This document shows, in pieces, positions 58,301-64,000 of a DNA stretch of 64,000 nucleotides. The DNA comes from Centroscyllium fabricii (lineage: Eukaryota), in contig JBNRSN020000089.1 of the NCBI GenBank assembly GCA_051313645.2, positions 2,356,001 to 2,420,000 on the forward strand, read 5' to 3'. Within the stretch, counting starts at the first letter, position 1; the number at the start of each line of letters is the position of its first letter. Made by a program: the position numbers and the translations under genes. Under the pieces are notes generated by a model, which had not been told where the DNA came from, searched no databases, and saw only the letters and a list, made by a program, of their open reading frames with translations.

Positions 58301-61300
58301 TGTGAACAATACATCAGACAATGTCCATCTGTGTACAATACATCATACAATGTCCATCTGTGAACAATACATCAGACAATATCCATCTGTGAACAAAACA
58401 TCAGACAATATCCATCTGTGTACAGTACATCAGACAATGTCCATCTGTACAATACATCAGACAATGTCCATCTGTGTAAAATATATCAGACATTATCCAT
58501 CTGTGTACAATACATCAGACAATGTCCACCTGTGAACAATACATCAGACAATATCCATCTATGAACAATACATCAGACAATGTCCATCTGTGTACAATAC
58601 ATCTGACAATATACATCTATGTACAATACATCAGACAATATCCATCTGTGTACAGTACATCAGACAATATCCATCTGTGTACAATACATCAGACAATGTC
58701 CGTCTGTGTACAATACATCAGACAATGTCCATCTGTGTACAATACATCAGACAATGTCCATCTGTGTACAATACGTCAGACAATGTCCATCTGTGTAGAA
58801 TACATCAGACAATATCCATCTCTGAACAATACATCAGACAATGTCCATCTGTGTACAATACATCAGACAATATCCATCTGTGTACAATACATCAGACAAT
58901 GTCCATCGAGTACAATACATCAGACAATGTCCATCTGTGAACAATATATCAGACAATATCCATCTGTGAACAATACATCAGACAATATCCATCTGTGTAC
59001 AATACATCAGACAATGGCCATCTGTACAATACATCAGAAAATGTCCATCTGTGTACAATACATCAGACATTATCCATCTGTATACAATACATCAGACAAT
59101 GTCCATCTGTGAACAATGCATCAGACAATATCCATCTATGAACAATACATCAGACAACATCCATCTGTGTACAGTACTTCAGACAATGTCCATCTGTGTA
59201 CAATACATCAGACAACATCCATCTGTGTACAGTACTTCAGACAATGACCATCTGTGTACAATACTTCAGACAATATCCATCTGTGTACAATATATCAGAC
59301 AATGTCCATCTGTGAACAATACATCAGACAATGTCCATCTGTGTACAATACTTCAGACAATGTCCATCTGTGTACAGTACATCAGACAATCTGTGTATAG
59401 TACGTCAGACAATGTCCTTCTTTGAACAGTACATCAGACTATGTCCATCTGTGTACAATAAATCAGACACTGTCCATCTGTGTACAATACATCAGAAAAT
59501 GTCCACCTGTGAACAATACATAAGAAAATATCCATCTGTGTACAGTACATCAGAGTATGTCCATCTGTGTACAATACATCAGAAAATGTCCATCTGTGAA
59601 CAATACATAAGATATTATCCATCTGTGTACAATACATCAGACATTATCCATCTGTGTACAATACATCAGACATTATCTACCTGTGAACAATACATCAGAC
59701 AATATCCATCTCGGTACAATACATCAGACAAATGTCCATCTGTGTACAATACATCAGACAATATCCATCGGTGTACAATACATCAGACAATGTCCATCTG
59801 TTTCCAATACATCAGACAATATCCATCTGTGAACTATACATCAGAAAATGTCCAACTGTGCACAATACATAAGACATTATCAATCTGTGTACAATACATC
59901 AGACATTATCCACCATTGTACAATACATCCGACAATATCCATCTGTGAATAATACATCAGAATATATCCATCTGTGTACAATACATCAGACATTATCCAT
60001 CTGTGAACAATACATCAGACAATAACCATCTGTGTACAATGCATCAGACAATATCCATCTGTGTACAATACATCAGTAAATGTCCATCTGTGTACAATAC
60101 ATCAGACAATATCCATCTGTGAACAATACATCAGACATTATCCATCTGTGAACAATATATCAGACATTATCCATCTGTGTACAATACATCAGACATGGTC
60201 CATCTGTGAACAATACATCAGTCTTCATCCATCTGTGTACAATCCATCAGACAACATCCATCTGTGTACAATATATCAGAGAATGTCCATCTGTGTACAG
60301 TACATCAGACCATATCTATCTGTGAACAATATATCAGACAATTTCCATCTGTGTACAATACATCAGACAATATCCATCTGTGAACAATACATCAGACAAT
60401 ATCCATCTGTGTACAATACATCAGACATTGTCCATCTGTACAATACATCGGACAATGTCCATCTTTGTACAATACATCAGACATTATCCATCTGTGTACA
60501 ATACATCAGACAATGTCCATCTGTGAGCAACAAATCAGACAATATCCATCTGTAAACAATACATCAGACAATGTCCATCTGTTTACAATACATCAGACAA
60601 TATCCATCTGTGTACAATATATCAGACAATATCCATCTGTGTACACTATATCAGACAATGTCCATCTGTGTACAATACATCAGACAATATCCATCTGTGT
60701 ACAACACATTAGACAATGTCCATCTGTTAACATTATATCAGACAATGTCCACCTGTGTACAATACATCAGACAATTGCCATCTGTGTACAGTACATCAGA
60801 CAATGTCCATCTGTTTACAGTACATCAGACAATGTCATTCTGTGTACAATACATCAGACAATGTCCAGCTGTGAACAATACATCAGACAATATCCATCTG
60901 TGAACGATACATCAGACAATATTCATCTGTGCAATACATCAGACAATGTCCATCGGTACAATACATCAGACAATGTCCATCTGTGCACAATATATCAGAC
61001 ATTATCCATCTGTATACAATACATCAGAAAATGTCCACCTGTGAACAATAAATCAGACAATATCCATCTATGAACAATACGTCAGACAATGTCCATCTGT
61101 GTACAATACATCAGACAATATCCAACTGTGTACAATACATCAGACAATATCCATCTGTGTACAGTACATCAGACAATGTCCATCTGTGTACAATACATCA
61201 GACAATATCCATCTGTGTACAATACATCAGAAAATGTCCACCTGTGAACAATAAATCAGACAATATCCATCTATGAACAATACATCAGACAATGTCCATC

Positions 61301-64000
61301 TGTGTACAATACATCAGACAATATCCATCTGTGTACAATACATCAGACAATGTCCATCTGTGAACAATACATCAGACAATGTCCATCTGTGTACAATACT
61401 TCAGACAATGTCCATCTGTGTACAGTACATCAGACAATCTGTGTATAGTCCGTCAGACAATGTCCTTCTTTGAACAGTACATCAGACTATGTCCATCTGT
61501 GTACAATAAATCAGACACTGTCCATCTGTGTACAATACATCAGAAAATGTCCACCTGTGAACAATACATAAGAAAATATCCATCTGTGTACAATACATCA
61601 GACAATTTCCATCTGTTTACAATACAGCAGACAATGTCCATCTGTGTACAATACGTCAGACAATGTCCATCTGTGTAGAATACATCAGACAATATCAATC
61701 TCTGGACAATACTCAGACAATGGCCATCTGTACAATACATCAGACAATGTCCATCTGTGTAAAATACATCGGACATTATCCATCTGTATACAATACATCA
61801 GACAATGTCCATCTGTGAACAATACATCAGACAATATCCATCTATGAACAATACATCAGACAACATCGATCTGTGTACAGTACATCAGACAATGTCCATC
61901 TGTGTACAATACATCAGACAATGTCCATCTGTGAACAATACATCAGACCATATCCATCTGTGAACAATACATCAGACAATATCCATCTGTGTACAATACC
62001 TCAGACATTGTCCATCTGTACAATACATCGGACAATATGCATCTGTGTACAATACATCAGACATTATCCATCTGTGTACAGTACATCAGACAATGTCCAG
62101 CTGTGAACAATAAATCATACAATATCCATCTGTAAACAATACATCAGACAATGTCAATCTGTTTACAATACATCAGACAATATCCATCTGTGTACAATAT
62201 ATCAGACAATATCCATCTGTGTACAGTATATCAGACAATGTCCATCTGTGTACAATACATCAGACAATATCCATCTGTGTACAATACATCAGACAATGTC
62301 CATCTGTGAACAATACATCAGACAATGTCCATATGTGTACAATACATCAGACAATTTCCATCTGTGTAGAGTATATCAGACAATGTCCATCTGTTTACAG
62401 TACATCAGACAATGTCCTTCTCTGTACAATACATCAGACAATGTCCATCTGTGAACAATACATCAGACAATATCCATCTGTGAACAACACATCAGACAAT
62501 ATCCAACTGTGTACAGTACATCAGACAATGTCCATCTGTACAATACATCAGACAATGTCCATCTGTGTACAATATATCAGACATTATCCACCTGTGTACA
62601 ATACATCAGACAATGTCAACCTGTGAACAACACATCAGACAATATCCATCTATGAACAATACATCAGAAAATGTCCATCTGTGTACAATACATCAGACAA
62701 TATCCATATATGTACAATACATCAGACAATATCCATCTGTGTACAGTACATCAGACAATATCCATCTGTGTACAATACATCAGACAATGTCCATCTGTGA
62801 ACAATACATCAGACAATGTCCATCTGTGAACAATACATCAGACAATGTCCGTCTGTGTACAATACATCAGACAATGTCCATCTGTGTACAATACATCAAA
62901 CAATGTCCATCTGTGTACAATACTTCAGACAATGTCCATCTGTGTAGAATACATCAGACAATATCCATCTCTGAACAATACATCAGACAATGTCCATCTG
63001 TGTACAATACATCAGACAATATCCATCTGTGTACAATATATCAGACAATGTCCATCTGTGTACAATACATCAGACAATGTCCATCTGTGAACAATACATC
63101 AGACAATATCCATCTGTGAACAATACATCAGACAATATCCATCTGTGTACAATACATCAGACAATGGCCATCTGTGCAATACATCAGAAAATGTCCATCT
63201 GTGTACAATAAATCAGACATTATACATCTGTATACAATACATCAGAAATTTGTCCATCTGTGAACAATACATCAGACAATATCCATCTATGAAAAATACA
63301 TCAGACAACATCCATCTGTGTACAGTACTTCAGACAATGTCCATCTGTGTACAATACATCAGACCACATCCATCTGTGTACAGTACTTCAGACAATGTCC
63401 ATCTGTGTACAATACTTCAGACAATATCCATCTGTGTACAATATATCAGACAATGTCCATCTGTGAACAATACATCAGACAATGTCCATCTGTGTACAAT
63501 ACTTCAGACAATGTCCATCTGTGTACAGTACATCAGACAATGTCCATCTGTGTATAGTACGTCAGACAATGTCCTTCTTTGAACAGTACATCAGAATATG
63601 TCCATCTGTGTACAATAAATCAGACACTGTCCATCTGTGTACAATACATCAGAAAATGTCCACCAGTGAACAATACATAAGAAAATATCCATCTGTGTAC
63701 AGTACATCAGAGTATGTCCATCTGTGTACAATACATCAGAAAATGTCCATCTGTGAACAACACATAAGACATTATCATTCTGTGTACAATACATCAGACA
63801 TTATCCATCTGTGTACAATACATCAGACATTATCTACCTGTGAACAATACATCAGACAATATCCATCTGTGTACAATACATCAGACAAATGTCCATCTGT
63901 GTACAATACATCAGACAATATCCATCTGTGTACAATACATTAGACAATTTCCATCTGTTTCCAATACATCAGACAATATCCATCTGTGAACAATACATCA
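49396..64000 (+). repeat. 29-bp tandem satellite, right domain (~500 monomers; runs off the right window edge)
   Basis: Same consensus and orientation, resuming as aatgtccatc at 49396. Its variants differ: 27-bp monomers (ccatctgtacaat), cagacaAatgtcc, aatgGccatc, frequent cattatcc and gtacagtac, and aacatcc. Confidence 0.98.
50780..64000 (+). repeat. Right-domain higher-order repeat, ~3.0-3.3 kb period, about 4 copies plus partial copies
   Basis: ORF pairs 52498/55800, 52989/56291 and 53628/56930 (3302); 54324/57655 and 54884/58215 (3331); 56011/59051 and 56291/59331 (3040); 59331/63482 (4151). The marker tatagtacgtcagacaatgtccttctttgaacagtac occurs at ~53060, 56362, 59396, 61444 and 63553. 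Confidence 0.87.

Noticed and set aside
1-64000. Hundreds of Cys/His-rich ORFs (60-326 aa) as real genes or a zinc-finger array
   Set aside because: They overlap in all three frames with the same peptide, follow directly from a stop-free 29-bp monomer, and are broken by common variants. They lack C2H2 spacing, TGEKP linkers and the 84-bp period.
1-64000. CENP-B box or telomeric (TTAGGG)n repeats
   Set aside because: The consensus has no CpG, so it has no TTCG....A..CGGG motif, and no TTAGGG arrays were seen.
1-64000. Nucleosome-sized 5-mer (145 bp) or 6-mer (174 bp) periodicity
   Set aside because: The arithmetic is suggestive, but I saw no consistent variant recurrence every 5 or 6 monomers. 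Observed periods are much longer and irregular.
1-64000. Strand inversion or a second foreign insertion in the satellite
   Set aside because: All monomers read in the same orientation, and no non-satellite sequence was seen outside 46433-49395.

Overview
This is eukaryotic repetitive DNA, probably vertebrate. The CR1 3' tail resembles those of cartilaginous-fish elements, which is an inference. About 95% of the window is one head-to-tail tandem satellite with a 29-bp consensus monomer, CAGACAATGTCCATCTGTGTACAATACAT (38% GC, no CpG, roughly 2,100 copies, single orientation). It is interrupted once, at ~46433-49395, by a 5'-truncated, disabled CR1-clade LINE on the + strand. The LINE keeps a near-complete ORF2 (APE endonuclease plus RT) with 3-4 frameshifts, 3 in-frame stops and an (ATGTTCT)n tail. 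The hundreds of Cys/His-rich ORFs in the track are translation artefacts of the satellite. The most notable structure is in the satellite itself. The left domain has nested higher-order repeats (about 0.55, 1.0, 1.4, 2.15, 3.6 and 9.5 kb offsets). The right domain has a different set of monomer variants and a ~3.0-3.3 kb period. The LINE sits at the switch between the two. I found no intact protein-coding gene, RNA gene or CRISPR array, and the sequence does not establish a new functional system. The findings are structural observations plus labelled hypotheses. Offsets were read by eye from marker variants and ORF-track coordinates.
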